A stretch of DNA of 64,000 nucleotides from Candidatus Izemoplasmatales bacterium (GCA_050949045.1 JBMNEZ010000001.1:288001-352000); one strand, 5' to 3'. Shown: positions 48,915-59,366, counted from the first letter of the stretch. Notes: generated from the letters alone by a model not told the origin. Numbers and translations: made by a program.

Positions 48915-49489
48915 TGTTTCTCCTTTTGAGAGTCAGGTTCTTGTTGCGGATCAAACTGAGAAAAGATCCCGCAAGATGGCTGCATGTTAAGAGGATGATG
49001 AAAGTCGCCTTGAAACTTCAAAAGCACTACGGCGCAGACAAGAAGCAGACCAAGATCGCGGTTCTGCTTCACGACATCTTGAAAAACGAAGATCCGAAGA
49101 CATTAAAAAAAATGGTTGAAGAACACTTCCCTGCGCTTGATCACCAGGCTTTCCCCGAAGCCACCTGGCACGCGCTTTGCGCGATGATCTATGCGAAAGA
49201 GAAACTGGGAATTTCCGATAGCGATGTCTTGAATGCCATCAAGTATCATACGACCGGCAGGGTGGGGATGAGTCTGCTTGAGAAGATCATCTGCCTCGCC
49301 GACTATATTGAGGAAGGGCGGACCTATGTGAGCGAAGACATCAAGAGTCTCGCCTACCTTGACATCGACAAGGCGCTCTATTTATTGATGCTGGAAATAA
49401 CCGCTTATCTAAAAAAACACAATTTGCCAGTCTCTTCGCTCACACTGGCTGCGATTGGTGCATACACATCACAATATGGAGGTATTTGA
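48914..49489 (+). CDS. yqeK: YqeK HD-domain Ap4A hydrolase
   Basis: LLHDILK, AIKYHTTG, LADYIEEGR. ATG overlaps the yqeH stop. Confidence 0.92.
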   Translation: MFLLLRVRFLLRIKLRKDPARWLHVKRMMKVALKLQKHYGADKKQTKIAVLLHDILKNEDPKTLKKMVEEHFPALDHQAFPEATWHALCAMIYAKEKLGISDSDVLNAIKYHTTGRVGMSLLEKIICLADYIEEGRTYVSEDIKSLAYLDIDKALYLLMLEITAYLKKHNLPVSSLTLAAIGAYTSQYGGI

Positions 49490-49830
49490 TGACCGAACGG
49501 CTGAACCGGGTTGTCGAAACACTGAACAAACTGTTGTTAATGGATGTCCGCGTCTTTGATTTTCGGGGCTCCTCACCGTTTTTCGATTATCAGGTGATCG
49601 CTTCCGGAAAAAGCGAAAGACAGGTGCACGCGGCTATCGATCACCTGCTTCAAGCATTTCCCAAAGATGAGATCAGGCATATCGAGGGCAGGGACCAGAG
49701 TCGCTGGCTGCTCTTCGATCTCGGTGAGATCATCGTCCATGTGCTGCACAAGGATGAGCGTGAATACTACCAGTTTGAGAAATTGTTCATCGGCAAGGAA
49801 GTCGTTGAGTCAAATATCAAAGACATATGA
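49489..49830 (+). CDS. rsfS: Ribosome silencing factor
   Basis: DYQVIASGKSERQVHA, HIEG, WLLFDLG, REYY. Confidence 0.92.
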   Translation: MTERLNRVVETLNKLLLMDVRVFDFRGSSPFFDYQVIASGKSERQVHAAIDHLLQAFPKDEIRHIEGRDQSRWLLFDLGEIIVHVLHKDEREYYQFEKLFIGKEVVESNIKDI

Positions 49831-50504
49831 GCTACGATCTCCTGGCGACATTTTATGACGCCTTTATCGATTCCGCTGTCTATAACGAGTATCTGAGACT
49901 TCTCGATAAATACACTTCGAGAGGCTCTTTGCTCGATATCGGCTGCGGTACCGGGTCCTTGTCTTTGAAACTGGCAAAACAGGGTTTCAATGTCACTGCC
50001 ACCGATCTTTCCGAGGAGATGCTGAGTATCGTCAGCTATCGCGCGAAAGAAGACGAGGTCGATCTCAACGTCGCTATCTATGACATGCTCGACCCGATCC
50101 CCCTCAGGTTCGACACGGTCATCGCTTCGATGGATGTCTTGAACCATCTCGCCGATCTTGAAGACGTCGAATTCGGATTCACGAACATCCATGAGGCGCT
50201 TAATCCCAACGGCATCTTCATCTTCGATGTTTTGTCTGCGGATTACATCGATATGCTCGATGGCTACATTGAGGACGATCCCAGGTACCAGATCCATTGG
50301 GAATCCCATAAGGGCAAGGAAAGGCACAGCATTGTCCATACCGTGCAGATGAAGATCGACGGGGAAATCAAGGAAGTCAAAATCTATGAACAGACATATG
50401 AGTTCAAACATTATGAAAATGTCGCTCGGAAGATCGGCTTCACGATCATCGAGAAGATTCCTCTGCCCGAGCGAATGATCTACGTGATGCAGAAAAACGA
50501 ATAA
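49827..50504 (+). CDS. Class I SAM-dependent methyltransferase (YqeM-like)
   Basis: LLDIGCGTG, DLSEEML, GIFIFD. Synteny after rsfS. Confidence 0.88.
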   Translation: MSYDLLATFYDAFIDSAVYNEYLRLLDKYTSRGSLLDIGCGTGSLSLKLAKQGFNVTATDLSEEMLSIVSYRAKEDEVDLNVAIYDMLDPIPLRFDTVIASMDVLNHLADLEDVEFGFTNIHEALNPNGIFIFDVLSADYIDMLDGYIEDDPRYQIHWESHKGKERHSIVHTVQMKIDGEIKEVKIYEQTYEFKHYENVARKIGFTIIEKIPLPERMIYVMQKNE

Positions 50505-50549
50505 AAGCAATGTTTGTAATCCGGCGTATTATGTGAATGAGGTGAGATA

Positions 50550-51569
50550 ATGAAGTCATCCATCACAAAATATGCCGGTATTTTTTTGTTGGTGCTTTCC
50601 ATCGCCGGCGGTGTCTTTTACAACCTAATCAAGAAAGGCGATCTCAAATTTACTAACGACTCCGAGGTTACCACCAAAACAGTACAGGTAGTTGAAAATA
50701 AGCCACCAAGCACCGTGATTGAGGCGATCTATGTCGATATCAAGGGTGAGGTCATGAATCCAGGAGTCTACCGGATGAAACCGGGTGAGCGGATCTTCGA
50801 TTTGATCAACAGCGCCGGAGGCGTGACTGAGTTTGCCGATACCAGCAATCTCAATCTGGCGATGAGCGTCTATGACCAACTGGTGGTGATCATTCCCGCT
50901 GTTGAGTCTGGTCCAAAGGCTGCCTCGGATAGCACCATCCTAGTGGAAATCAAGGGTGAAGTCCTCTATCCGGGGGTCTACGAAATGCCTGCTTTCTCAC
51001 GAATCAAAGATTTAATCCAGATGGCCGGCGGGCTCAGTGTTTTCGCAGATACCCATGATATCTCACAAGCCGCCCTGCTCACTGACGGGGCTGCGGTGAC
51101 GATCGCCCGGCTGCCTGCTGTCACAGTGACAAACGAAGAGAAAATCCTTGTCGAGATCCGGGGTGAAGTCGTAAACCCCGATTGTTACGAATTGCCAAAA
51201 ACGGCGCTTGTCAGGGATTTGATCAATCTTGCGGGAGGCGTGACAAAAGATGCGACTCTGGAAGGAATCAACCTGACAAAGCCTCTCGCTTCTGGAGAAA
51301 CCGTCATTATTAAAAAATTTGAAACTCCGGTGATCAATAGTGACGGCGGAACAAGCAGCGAGGAAGTGATTGACGGGCTCATCAACATCAACACCGCCGA
51401 TCTTGACACCCTGATGACGCTGTCTGGGATCGGGATCATCCTTGGGCAGCGGATCATCGACTATCGTGCCGAATACGGTGATTTCGCCGCCATCGAGGAC
51501 ATTATGTTTGTCAGCGGGATCAAGGAGTCGGTATTCGCCAAAATCAAGGATGAGATCACCGTCGGTTAA
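50550..51569 (+). CDS. comEA: ComEA DNA receptor with three SLBB domains
   Basis: N-terminal TM, three V(D/E)I(K/R)GEV..P..Y..AGG modules, ININTA..LSGIG..IIDYR HhH domain. Confidence 0.9.
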   Translation: MKSSITKYAGIFLLVLSIAGGVFYNLIKKGDLKFTNDSEVTTKTVQVVENKPPSTVIEAIYVDIKGEVMNPGVYRMKPGERIFDLINSAGGVTEFADTSNLNLAMSVYDQLVVIIPAVESGPKAASDSTILVEIKGEVLYPGVYEMPAFSRIKDLIQMAGGLSVFADTHDISQAALLTDGAAVTIARLPAVTVTNEEKILVEIRGEVVNPDCYELPKTALVRDLINLAGGVTKDATLEGINLTKPLASGETVIIKKFETPVINSDGGTSSEEVIDGLININTADLDTLMTLSGIGIILGQRIIDYRAEYGDFAAIEDIMFVSGIKESVFAKIKDEITVG

Positions 51570-53673
51570 TGGTCGGCTCGTCCTCGTGGCGCTCTTCTCG
51601 ACCCTGTTTCTCGTTGGGTCGAGAAGCTCTGTCTGGCTCTTAATCTGGGGTTGTTTTTCCCTATACTTGTTGCGAAGGAATCCTCGGATTCTCTTTTTGG
51701 GCGTCTTGGTGTGTTCCGGCTGTTTCGTTTCACTTCTGATTAGGGAGAAACTGAGTGATGATGTCCCGGAAGCGATCGTAGGAGTCGTCGTTGGCCAAGA
51801 AGAGGGGGCGTTGACCATCAAGTGTGGCCTCAGGCGTTACCTGGTTTTTTCTGACAGGAGCGCAGATTTTGCGGTCGGAGACACTCTCACCCTCGAGGTC
51901 CAAGAAGCGGTTTTCACCAAAAAAGAGATCCCCCATGCTTTTGATTATGAGGCTTATCTTAAAGCCAACAACATCCATAGAGCCCTTGTGGGAAAGAATA
52001 TGACAGCGACCGGCAGGACATTTGTTCTGGCTTGGATTCCGCAAACGGTCAGACAGTATGTCGAGGCCCATTTTCCGGATCCGGCCCGAGCGTATATCGG
52101 TTTGTTCGTCCTCGGCGATGCCGGCGGTCTCGAACAAGAACTGCAAGAAGCATCTGTCCGCCTCGGCATCAGGCATCTTTTCGCGCTTTCGGGGATGCAT
52201 CTCGGAGTCATCACCGGGTTTCTCAGCGCCCTCGTCAAGCGACTTTATGTTTCGAAAAGAGTTGAAAAGACGATCATCGTCTTTTTTCTCATCGGTTACA
52301 ATATTTTGACGGCTTTCCAAGTCTCCTTGGTGCGGGCTTCCTTGGTGATGATCGTCTTTTTTGTGACAAACAGTAAACAGATGCGACTGTCGCGGCTCGA
52401 CTGCCTCAGCCTTGTCTATCTGGCGATGCTCGTCTACAATCCTTATTATCTTGACTCCCTCGGCTTTGTGCTCACTTTCTCGATGACTTTCGCCTTGAGG
52501 CTCGGGGGCGAGGTCGTCAGGCATAAAAACCGTCTTATCGGGCTTGTCGGGACGACTTTGTTTTTGAATTTGTTATTGTTGCCGTTATTGTTGGAGGCTT
52601 CCGGCGGGATTGGGATTTTATTTTTGCCTGCGAACCTCATTTTCATTTTGTTCGTGAGCGTTGTCATCCTGCCGTTATCTTTTTTGACGCTTCTGTTTCC
52701 GCTTTTGGCGGATAGTTATATGTTCATGATCCTGATTTTCGAGAGCTTGGCGGTTTTTCTCGAGAAATTCAATCTTTTTTTGCATTTTAATTTGTCATCC
52801 GATATCGCGAAGGCAATGTACTTTATAGGGTTTTTAGGGGCGCTCTGTTATCCAAAAAGCAAGAAGACTCAGGTGCTGGCGCCATTTTTAATCGGTCTTG
52901 CCTTGGCAATATCTTTTGTGAGGTTGCCCGGATCTCAGGAGGTGCGCGTTTATGCCATTGGCCAGGGCGACAGCATCCTGGTCCGGGACGGAAACACAAT
53001 GGTTCTGATCGACACCGGACCCAAGGACAACTATGACACCCTCGTCAACAGCCTGATTAGGGATAACATCTTCAAGATTGATTTGTTGGTGATCACCCAC
53101 TGGCATAGCGATCATGCGGGCGAGTTTGAGGATATCTTGAAAAACTTCGACGTCGGGACGATTGTCGCTCCAAGTGTGCCTTTCGAATATCAAGGTCTCG
53201 GGATCTTGACACCGAAAGCAGATGACTGCATCGAATGCGGCAATTTGCTGTTTCAAGTTTTGAACGCTTTTAATGACAGCCGTAACGAAAACAACAATTC
53301 GCTTGTTTTGCACACCAAGATCGGTTCGCAGTGGTGGTTGTTCATGGGAGATGCCGAGCAAGAGGTTGAAAGGAAACTGCAAGGGCTCGACCTTGAGGTC
53401 GATGTTGTCAAGGTCGGCCATCACGGGAGCGCCACAGCATCGACTGACGCTTTCGTGGATTGGTGTGATCCTGAGTATGCCTTGATTTCCGTTGGAAGGA
53501 ACTCATGGGGTTTTCCGGACGATGCGGTCGTTTCTTGCTGGGAGGAGGTTGGCGAAGTCTACTTGACTAAGGAGAGTGGCACGATCATCTTCACTTATCA
53601 TCCCTTTGCTTTGATGCCGAGAATCAGTTTTTATAAACTCGATCATTCGCTTCTTTGGTACGATAACAAATAG
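51550..53673 (+). CDS. comEC: ComEC DNA uptake channel
   Basis: HLFALSGMH, SLVRA, GQGDS, LIDTG, ITHWHSDH, ENNNSLV, KVGHHGS. Start codon uncertain. Confidence 0.92.
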   Translation: MRSPSVNGRLVLVALFSTLFLVGSRSSVWLLIWGCFSLYLLRRNPRILFLGVLVCSGCFVSLLIREKLSDDVPEAIVGVVVGQEEGALTIKCGLRRYLVFSDRSADFAVGDTLTLEVQEAVFTKKEIPHAFDYEAYLKANNIHRALVGKNMTATGRTFVLAWIPQTVRQYVEAHFPDPARAYIGLFVLGDAGGLEQELQEASVRLGIRHLFALSGMHLGVITGFLSALVKRLYVSKRVEKTIIVFFLIGYNILTAFQVSLVRASLVMIVFFVTNSKQMRLSRLDCLSLVYLAMLVYNPYYLDSLGFVLTFSMTFALRLGGEVVRHKNRLIGLVGTTLFLNLLLLPLLLEASGGIGILFLPANLIFILFVSVVILPLSFLTLLFPLLADSYMFMILIFESLAVFLEKFNLFLHFNLSSDIAKAMYFIGFLGALCYPKSKKTQVLAPFLIGLALAISFVRLPGSQEVRVYAIGQGDSILVRDGNTMVLIDTGPKDNYDTLVNSLIRDNIFKIDLLVITHWHSDHAGEFEDILKNFDVGTIVAPSVPFEYQGLGILTPKADDCIECGNLLFQVLNAFNDSRNENNNSLVLHTKIGSQWWLFMGDAEQEVERKLQGLDLEVDVVKVGHHGSATASTDAFVDWCDPEYALISVGRNSWGFPDDAVVSCWEEVGEVYLTKESGTIIFTYHPFALMPRISFYKLDHSLLWYDNK

Positions 53674-53718
53674 CACTATTCACCAATCCTTGATATTGTG
53701 ATAAAATAATTGAAGGTG

Positions 53719-54699
53719 ATGAAGTTGGCACAGAACTTGTATCTCCTCTGGGGGAGTGATGCCTATACATTGAAAAAGGCGACCCAGAAAATTCTCGATG
53801 ACCATGCGATCTTGAAGGCTGATGTCGAAGTGTATGACATGGAAGAAGTGGCACTCACCGAAGCGATTGATCATGCGATGATGATCCCTTTTTTGGCTGA
53901 CAACAAGGCGGTCATTCTCGCAAGCGCCTGCTTCATGGGCGGTTTAAAACCACGAGCAGACATCAGCCATCATTTGAACCAACTCGAGAGCTACCTAGAG
54001 AATCCCAATCCGACGACGGTCCTGATCATTCAGGCCCCCTATGAGAAACTTGACCGCAGCATGCCTTTATACAAGTTGATAACCGACAGAGCGAAAGTGA
54101 TCGCCTGCACTCAGGAAGACGGAGAGGAATTCTTCCAGGAGATCAAGGAGCTCCTTAAGGAAGCTAATCTGCGGATCGAAGCCAACGCCCTCCAGATGTT
54201 CATGAGCCGGGTCGGCAACGACCGAATGATGCTCAAGAATGAACTCGATAAATTGATCGCCTTTGCCGGGGAAGCGGAGGTAATCACCCCAGAAATGGTT
54301 CGCGAGATCGTCTACAGCAATCCTGATGATCACATTTACCTTCTCGTGAACGCCGTTATCGCCTCGGATACGGAGATGCTGATGCAAATCTATAGAGAAC
54401 TGCTGATGGCCAATATCGACGAACTATGGATTTTGAGGGCGCTTGCATCCAAGTTTCAAGAGATTCTCTATACCAAGGAACTATTGAAACAAAACTACAA
54501 GCAAGAGGATATCATGCACTATTTTTCCGTAAGCAAGGGGCGGGCCTATTATATTATGAAAAACGCCCGTGATGTAAGCGACGACAGGCTGTTGGAACTT
54601 TTGAGCCGTCTCGATGAACTTGATACCAATATCAAGACCGGAGGCATTGCCAAAGATGTCGGTCTGGAATTGTTTCTCTTAAAATTGTATGAGGAATAA
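53719..54699 (+). CDS. holA: DNA polymerase III delta subunit
   Basis: YLLWGSD, PFLADNK, EKLD, NELDKL, IKTG. comEC-holA-rpsT synteny. Confidence 0.92.
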   Translation: MKLAQNLYLLWGSDAYTLKKATQKILDDHAILKADVEVYDMEEVALTEAIDHAMMIPFLADNKAVILASACFMGGLKPRADISHHLNQLESYLENPNPTTVLIIQAPYEKLDRSMPLYKLITDRAKVIACTQEDGEEFFQEIKELLKEANLRIEANALQMFMSRVGNDRMMLKNELDKLIAFAGEAEVITPEMVREIVYSNPDDHIYLLVNAVIASDTEMLMQIYRELLMANIDELWILRALASKFQEILYTKELLKQNYKQEDIMHYFSVSKGRAYYIMKNARDVSDDRLLELLSRLDELDTNIKTGGIAKDVGLELFLLKLYEE

Positions 54700-54722
54700 A
54701 AAAAAGCCGCTCGGCTTTTTTT
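54698..54722. terminator. Bidirectional terminator between holA and rpsT
   Basis: aaaaaaagccg-ct-cggcttttttt. Confidence 0.8.
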
Positions 54723-54981
54723 ACAGGGTATTGACGAGTTTCGCCAAGGTTGACTTTTTCTTGCTGGTATAATTCTTGTGAAGAATGCCCTTGGAAACCG
54801 CTTTATCGAGTTTCATGAAGGCGATACTGAGTGCGGCGACGGCCTTTTCTTTTTCGCCGGCTTGGACGAGGGTCTCGACATCCTTGATCGCTGTCTTCAA
54901 TGAAGAGTTAAAAGAGGCATTGGCCAAGCGTCTCTTCTCATTAGTCAAGATGCGTTTCTTTTGCTGTTTGATGTTTGCCAT
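54721..54981 (-). CDS. rpsT: 30S ribosomal protein S20
   Basis: MANIKQQKKR, LDKAVSKGILHKN. Confidence 0.97.
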   Translation of the reverse strand: MANIKQQKKRILTNEKRRLANASFNSSLKTAIKDVETLVQAGEKEKAVAALSIAFMKLDKAVSKGILHKNYTSKKKSTLAKLVNTL

Positions 54982-55011
54982 ATTCTCACCTCCATTGATG
55001 TCAGCGGTAAT

Positions 55012-55040
55012 ATTCTATCAAATCGAGTGGGAAAAAGCAA
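55012..55040 (-). promoter_or_regulatory. Sigma-A promoter of rpsT
   Basis: TTGCTT, 17 bp, TG-n-TAGAAT on the minus strand. Confidence 0.6.
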
Positions 55041-55242
55041 CTAGCAGAATTAATTATTTTTGGGCTCGGGGAGCCTTGTTGAGGAGGTCATTGATCCCTC
55101 TGCGGGGAGTTTCGCCGATCATTCTCGTCAAAGTTCTTGAAATCAAACCCCGATACCTTGTATAATTAATCGGAAATGGGGCATTCGCGCTTTCCTTGTT
55201 GCGATATGTCACTATGAATGCATAATTAGACGGGAGCAAGCG

Positions 55243-57441
55243 ATGGACAAGATCGAACGGACAAATTTCAATCATAACGACGTCATCCTTGACGGGACGA
55301 AATATCTGATCGCCAACGGCTACTATGGCTATCGGGGCACGCTTTCGGAGTTTACGAAAGCGGAGATGGTTGCCTTTAACTTAAATGGCGTCTATGATCA
55401 ACAGGGTGATCTTTGGCGCGAATCCGTCAATGCTTTCAACCCGCTTTACACCGTCGTCTATATCAAAGGCAGCGAAATGAACCCGATGCGGGTGAAACCG
55501 CTCAAACATAAACAGGGAATCGATATCGAAAAAGGGCTGTTCTACCGCAACACTGTTTTCCCGTTCAAACAGGGTACGATCGCGATTAAATCTGTGCGTT
55601 TCGCCGATCAGACCAACAAGGAACTGATTTATGAGCGTTATACAATCGAAGCCTCGACCGCTGTCGGAATCGATCTCTATACCGGCATTGACCTTGATGT
55701 CTACAATCTTTCGGGAAACCATCTCAAGATCGAAAAAATCGTCGATGAAATCGGCTTTTTCTTCGTCAAAAGCAAGACGCAGGAACAAAACCTGCCCTTG
55801 GTTGTCGGCGAGACGACCACCCGCAGTTTTCCTGAAGAAGGCAAGACGGTTTTCCAGAACAACAAGGTGCTTCGGCACTATCGGATTGTGCTTGAAGAGA
55901 ACAAACCGATCCAAATCGACAAATTCGGCGGTGTCTGTCACTCAAGGAAGAATGCTTACCAGTATCTCGATATGCTGGTGACTAAAGCCCAGAAATTCGG
56001 TTATGATCGCCGTCTACGCGAAAATGAGGCTTTCTGGAGGAAGAAATGGGAGATTGCCAAAATCGAGATCGTCGGCGACAAACTCGCCGAACTCGGGCTG
56101 AACTACTCAATCTATCAGCTGATCAGTGCGAGGCCTTACTCTGACGAGGTCTCGATCCCCGCTAAAGGACTCTCCGGACAAGCCTACAAGGGAGCGGTTT
56201 ATTGGGACGCTGAGGTCTTCATGTTGCCGTTCTTTTTAAACACTGATCAGGAGTCGGCTAGGCACATCATTATGTACCGGATCCTCGGTCTCAAGGGTGC
56301 CATGGCGAAAGCCAAACAATATGGCTATGCCGGTGCCTTCTATCCCTGGGAAAGCCAAGAGCGAGGGTATGAGGCTTGCAGTGACTACAATATTACCAAC
56401 GCAATCACCGGCGAGCCGATCAGAACTCACTTCAGAGAGAAACAAATTCATGTGAACGGAGCCGTCGTCTACGCTTTGAAGCAATATCTCGAACGGACCG
56501 AAGACTACAGCGTCCTGTTTTCAGGCGGACTCGAGATGGTCATGGAATGTGCCAAATTCTATGCCTCCTATCTCACTTATAACCGGGAAACAAAACGTTA
56601 CGAAGCGCTTAAAATCGATGGACCGGACGAATACCATGAACTTGTCGATAACAGCACTTACACCATGTACATGATCGATTTTGTCTTCGAGCAGGCCGAC
56701 AATCTCGCAGCTCTTACTCGCAAGATCGACTATCAGTGGACGGTCGACTTGATGAAGGAACACGATTACAATGAAGAAATCAAAAGACTGCGCTTGATTC
56801 GGGAGAAACTCTATCTTCCCGAACCCCAACAGATGGTCTATCCCCAGTTTGACGGGTATTTTGAACTCGAAGACATCAAAATCAAAGATTTGAAAAAGCG
56901 GATGAGCCATCCCGACGAATATTTGGGCGGTGAAAAGGGTTTGGCGACAACGACACAGATCGTCAAACAACCGGAAATCGTCATCCTGCAAGCCCTGTTT
57001 CCCGAAAAATTCACTCGGATCGTCAAGAAGATGAATTTCCGTTACTACGAGGACAAGACCGAACATATCCCCAGTCTTTCTTCTTCGATGTACGCCCTGC
57101 TTGCCAGTGACATCGACAAGGCCAATTCTGCCTATCCGTACTTTATGAACAGCGCCACCGTCAATCTGAAGGGAGAGACGAAGCAGTTCAATGGCGGCGT
57201 CTTCATCGGCGGGATGAACCTGGCCTCCTGTGGTGGCGCCTATTATGCCCTGGTTTATGGGTTTTCAGGGCTCAAGCACAGGCGGTTCTTGCTTATGGCG
57301 GATACCCGCTTGGCTTCAAAGATCAAAGAAGTCAAGTTCAATGTGATCGTCGGGGGTAGGATCGCCTCGGTAAAGGTTACGAGCACGGTCGCCGCGGTGA
57401 CTTGGGAAAAAGGATATTTAAAGAAGGAGGAAAAAGCGTAA
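55243..57441 (+). CDS. GH65 glycoside phosphorylase/hydrolase (maltose/trehalose/kojibiose type)
   Basis: ANGYYGYRG, PAKGLSGQAYKGAVYWDAE, GAFYPWES, GPDEYHE, VKQ. Confidence 0.9.
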   Translation: MDKIERTNFNHNDVILDGTKYLIANGYYGYRGTLSEFTKAEMVAFNLNGVYDQQGDLWRESVNAFNPLYTVVYIKGSEMNPMRVKPLKHKQGIDIEKGLFYRNTVFPFKQGTIAIKSVRFADQTNKELIYERYTIEASTAVGIDLYTGIDLDVYNLSGNHLKIEKIVDEIGFFFVKSKTQEQNLPLVVGETTTRSFPEEGKTVFQNNKVLRHYRIVLEENKPIQIDKFGGVCHSRKNAYQYLDMLVTKAQKFGYDRRLRENEAFWRKKWEIAKIEIVGDKLAELGLNYSIYQLISARPYSDEVSIPAKGLSGQAYKGAVYWDAEVFMLPFFLNTDQESARHIIMYRILGLKGAMAKAKQYGYAGAFYPWESQERGYEACSDYNITNAITGEPIRTHFREKQIHVNGAVVYALKQYLERTEDYSVLFSGGLEMVMECAKFYASYLTYNRETKRYEALKIDGPDEYHELVDNSTYTMYMIDFVFEQADNLAALTRKIDYQWTVDLMKEHDYNEEIKRLRLIREKLYLPEPQQMVYPQFDGYFELEDIKIKDLKKRMSHPDEYLGGEKGLATTTQIVKQPEIVILQALFPEKFTRIVKKMNFRYYEDKTEHIPSLSSSMYALLASDIDKANSAYPYFMNSATVNLKGETKQFNGGVFIGGMNLASCGGAYYALVYGFSGLKHRRFLLMADTRLASKIKEVKFNVIVGGRIASVKVTSTVAAVTWEKGYLKKEEKA

Positions 57442-57442
57442 A

Positions 57443-57739
57443 ATGAAAAATAACGACAAGAAGATTTTCGGTATCATCTTGGTCTTGATTGGGATCGTTC
57501 TGCTCTTAAATAGACTTGAAGTCATCACCGCAGATATTTTCTTTGCGGGCTGGTGGACATTGCTTTTGCTCATTCCGGCAGTGGTGTCGATGTCGCGTCA
57601 GGGGATCACTTTTGGAAATTCAATTTTGTTTGCGGTGGGCATCTATTTTCTACTCGAAGCAAACGGCTGGAACGTCAAAGGCTTTTTTGTTCCCACGGCC
57701 ATCGTCGTCTTTGGTGTGGCGCTCCTGTTAAAAAAATAA
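57443..57739 (+). CDS. Small membrane protein (LiaF-TM/DUF5668-like)
   Basis: FGIILVLIGIVLLL..GWWTLLLLIP, about four short TMs. Confidence 0.7.
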   Translation: MKNNDKKIFGIILVLIGIVLLLNRLEVITADIFFAGWWTLLLLIPAVVSMSRQGITFGNSILFAVGIYFLLEANGWNVKGFFVPTAIVVFGVALLLKK

Positions 57740-57883
57740 TCTTCGGATGTAAAGCAGATCAATTAGCCGGCCTCGCCGGTTTTTTTGTTTATGAAATAAT
57801 CCGCGATTTCGCTCAATGATGACTGGCGGTTTTTTTTGAAGCGGTGTATAATGATACCTAGTAGCGACGAAGGGAGTTTTCTT

Positions 57884-59305
57884 ATGAAGCGTAAAACCAA
57901 AATCGTTTGTACGATCGGTCCTGCAGTTGATTCTGAGGACATGATTGAGAAGTTGATCATTGCCGGCATGAATGTCTGTCGGCTGAACTTCTCGCATGGG
58001 ACCAGGGCTGAACACGAAAACCGGATTTCCATGATCAGGAGCCTGTCAAAGAAGCTCAAGCGGTTTGTCGGCATAATGGCGGACACCAAAGGGCCGGAGA
58101 TCAGAACCGGCGATTTCACCAACAATCAAGTGTTTCTCAAAAAAGGCGACCTAGTGACCGTCGTCAAGGAACGGATCCTAGGTGATGAGAAACGTTTTCA
58201 TATCGCCTGCCCCGAATTGTTCACTGATGTCAAAGCCGGTGACTTCCTGCTCATCGATGACGGCAAGATCAAGTTGACGGTTCAGGAAGTCGGTCCAGAT
58301 TCTTTCACAGCAATCGTCTTCAACTCAGGAATCATCAAAAGCAAAAAAGGAGTCATCGTTCCCAATGTCAAATTGTCGATGCCATTCATTTCGACGAAGG
58401 ATAGGGAAGACATCATCTTCGCCGTCAAAGAAGGCGTCGACATGATCGCGCTCTCGTTTGTGAGGCGAAAGGATGACGTTCTCGCCGTCAAGGCGATTTT
58501 AGAGGAAACTAATTCCCCGAAGATCGAATTGATCGCAAAGATCGAGAATCAGGAAGGCGTCGATAATCTCGATGAAATTCTTGAAGTCGCTGACGGGATC
58601 ATGATCGCCCGCGGCGATCTAGGCGTCGAAGTGTCAACGCAACTCGTCCCGATCTATCAGAAAAAGCTGATCCAGCGCGCAAATGAACTTGGCAAGCCCG
58701 TCATCACCGCGACCCATATGCTCGAATCGATGGTGTCATCGCCGCGTCCGACCAGGGCGGAGGCGTCGGATGTCGCGAATGCCATCTTGGACGGTACCGA
58801 TGCGATCATGCTTTCGGGGGAGACGGCCGTGGGCGAGTATCCGGTCGAGTCGGTTCAAACCATGGATACGATTGCCTTGGCAATCGAGGAGATCATCCCT
58901 TACGAAGACCGCCTTCAAAAAGCGATCAGATCATCGCAGAAAACGATCAACGATGCGATCGGTATCGCTGTCAGCCAAACGGTGATGACTTTGCCTAAAG
59001 CTCAAGTCATCGTGGCTTTCACCGAAACTGGCGGAACCGCAAAAAGGATTTGCAAGTTCCGTCCTGAAGTCCCGATCATTGCGATAACCGACAGCGTTGA
59101 GACCTGTCGCAGGCTATCGTATTATTGGGGCGTTTTCGCCTCTTTCCGAAAAGAAGTCACCGATTATGCCCTCTATGATCGGTATGCCGTCGAAGTTGCC
59201 CTTGATTTTGGCTATAAGCCGGGTGATACGATCATCATTACCTCGGGATGGGGCCAAGAACACGGGTCGACGAACACGATGCGGATTATCGACATTCCCG
59301 AATAA
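57884..59305 (+). CDS. pyk: Pyruvate kinase
   Basis: KTKIVCTIGPA, RLNFSHG, DTKGPEIR, AKIEN, IARGDLG, PTRAE, MLSGETA. Confidence 0.98.
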   Translation: MKRKTKIVCTIGPAVDSEDMIEKLIIAGMNVCRLNFSHGTRAEHENRISMIRSLSKKLKRFVGIMADTKGPEIRTGDFTNNQVFLKKGDLVTVVKERILGDEKRFHIACPELFTDVKAGDFLLIDDGKIKLTVQEVGPDSFTAIVFNSGIIKSKKGVIVPNVKLSMPFISTKDREDIIFAVKEGVDMIALSFVRRKDDVLAVKAILEETNSPKIELIAKIENQEGVDNLDEILEVADGIMIARGDLGVEVSTQLVPIYQKKLIQRANELGKPVITATHMLESMVSSPRPTRAEASDVANAILDGTDAIMLSGETAVGEYPVESVQTMDTIALAIEEIIPYEDRLQKAIRSSQKTINDAIGIAVSQTVMTLPKAQVIVAFTETGGTAKRICKFRPEVPIIAITDSVETCRRLSYYWGVFASFRKEVTDYALYDRYAVEVALDFGYKPGDTIIITSGWGQEHGSTNTMRIIDIPE

Positions 59306-59312
59306 AAACAAA

Positions 59313-59355
59313 CCCCCGAAAGCCATCGGACAGTTCACGGCTTCGGGAGTTTTTA
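59313..59355. terminator. Terminator between pyk and the convergent gene
   Basis: cccgaaagcc..ggcttcggg followed by agttttt. Confidence 0.65.
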
Positions 59356-59366
59356 TATTTCAGAAA

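Noticed and set aside
49767..53424. Minus-strand ORFs of 178-264 aa opposite the methyltransferase, comEA and comEC
   Set aside because: Antisense shadows arising from sense-strand codon bias
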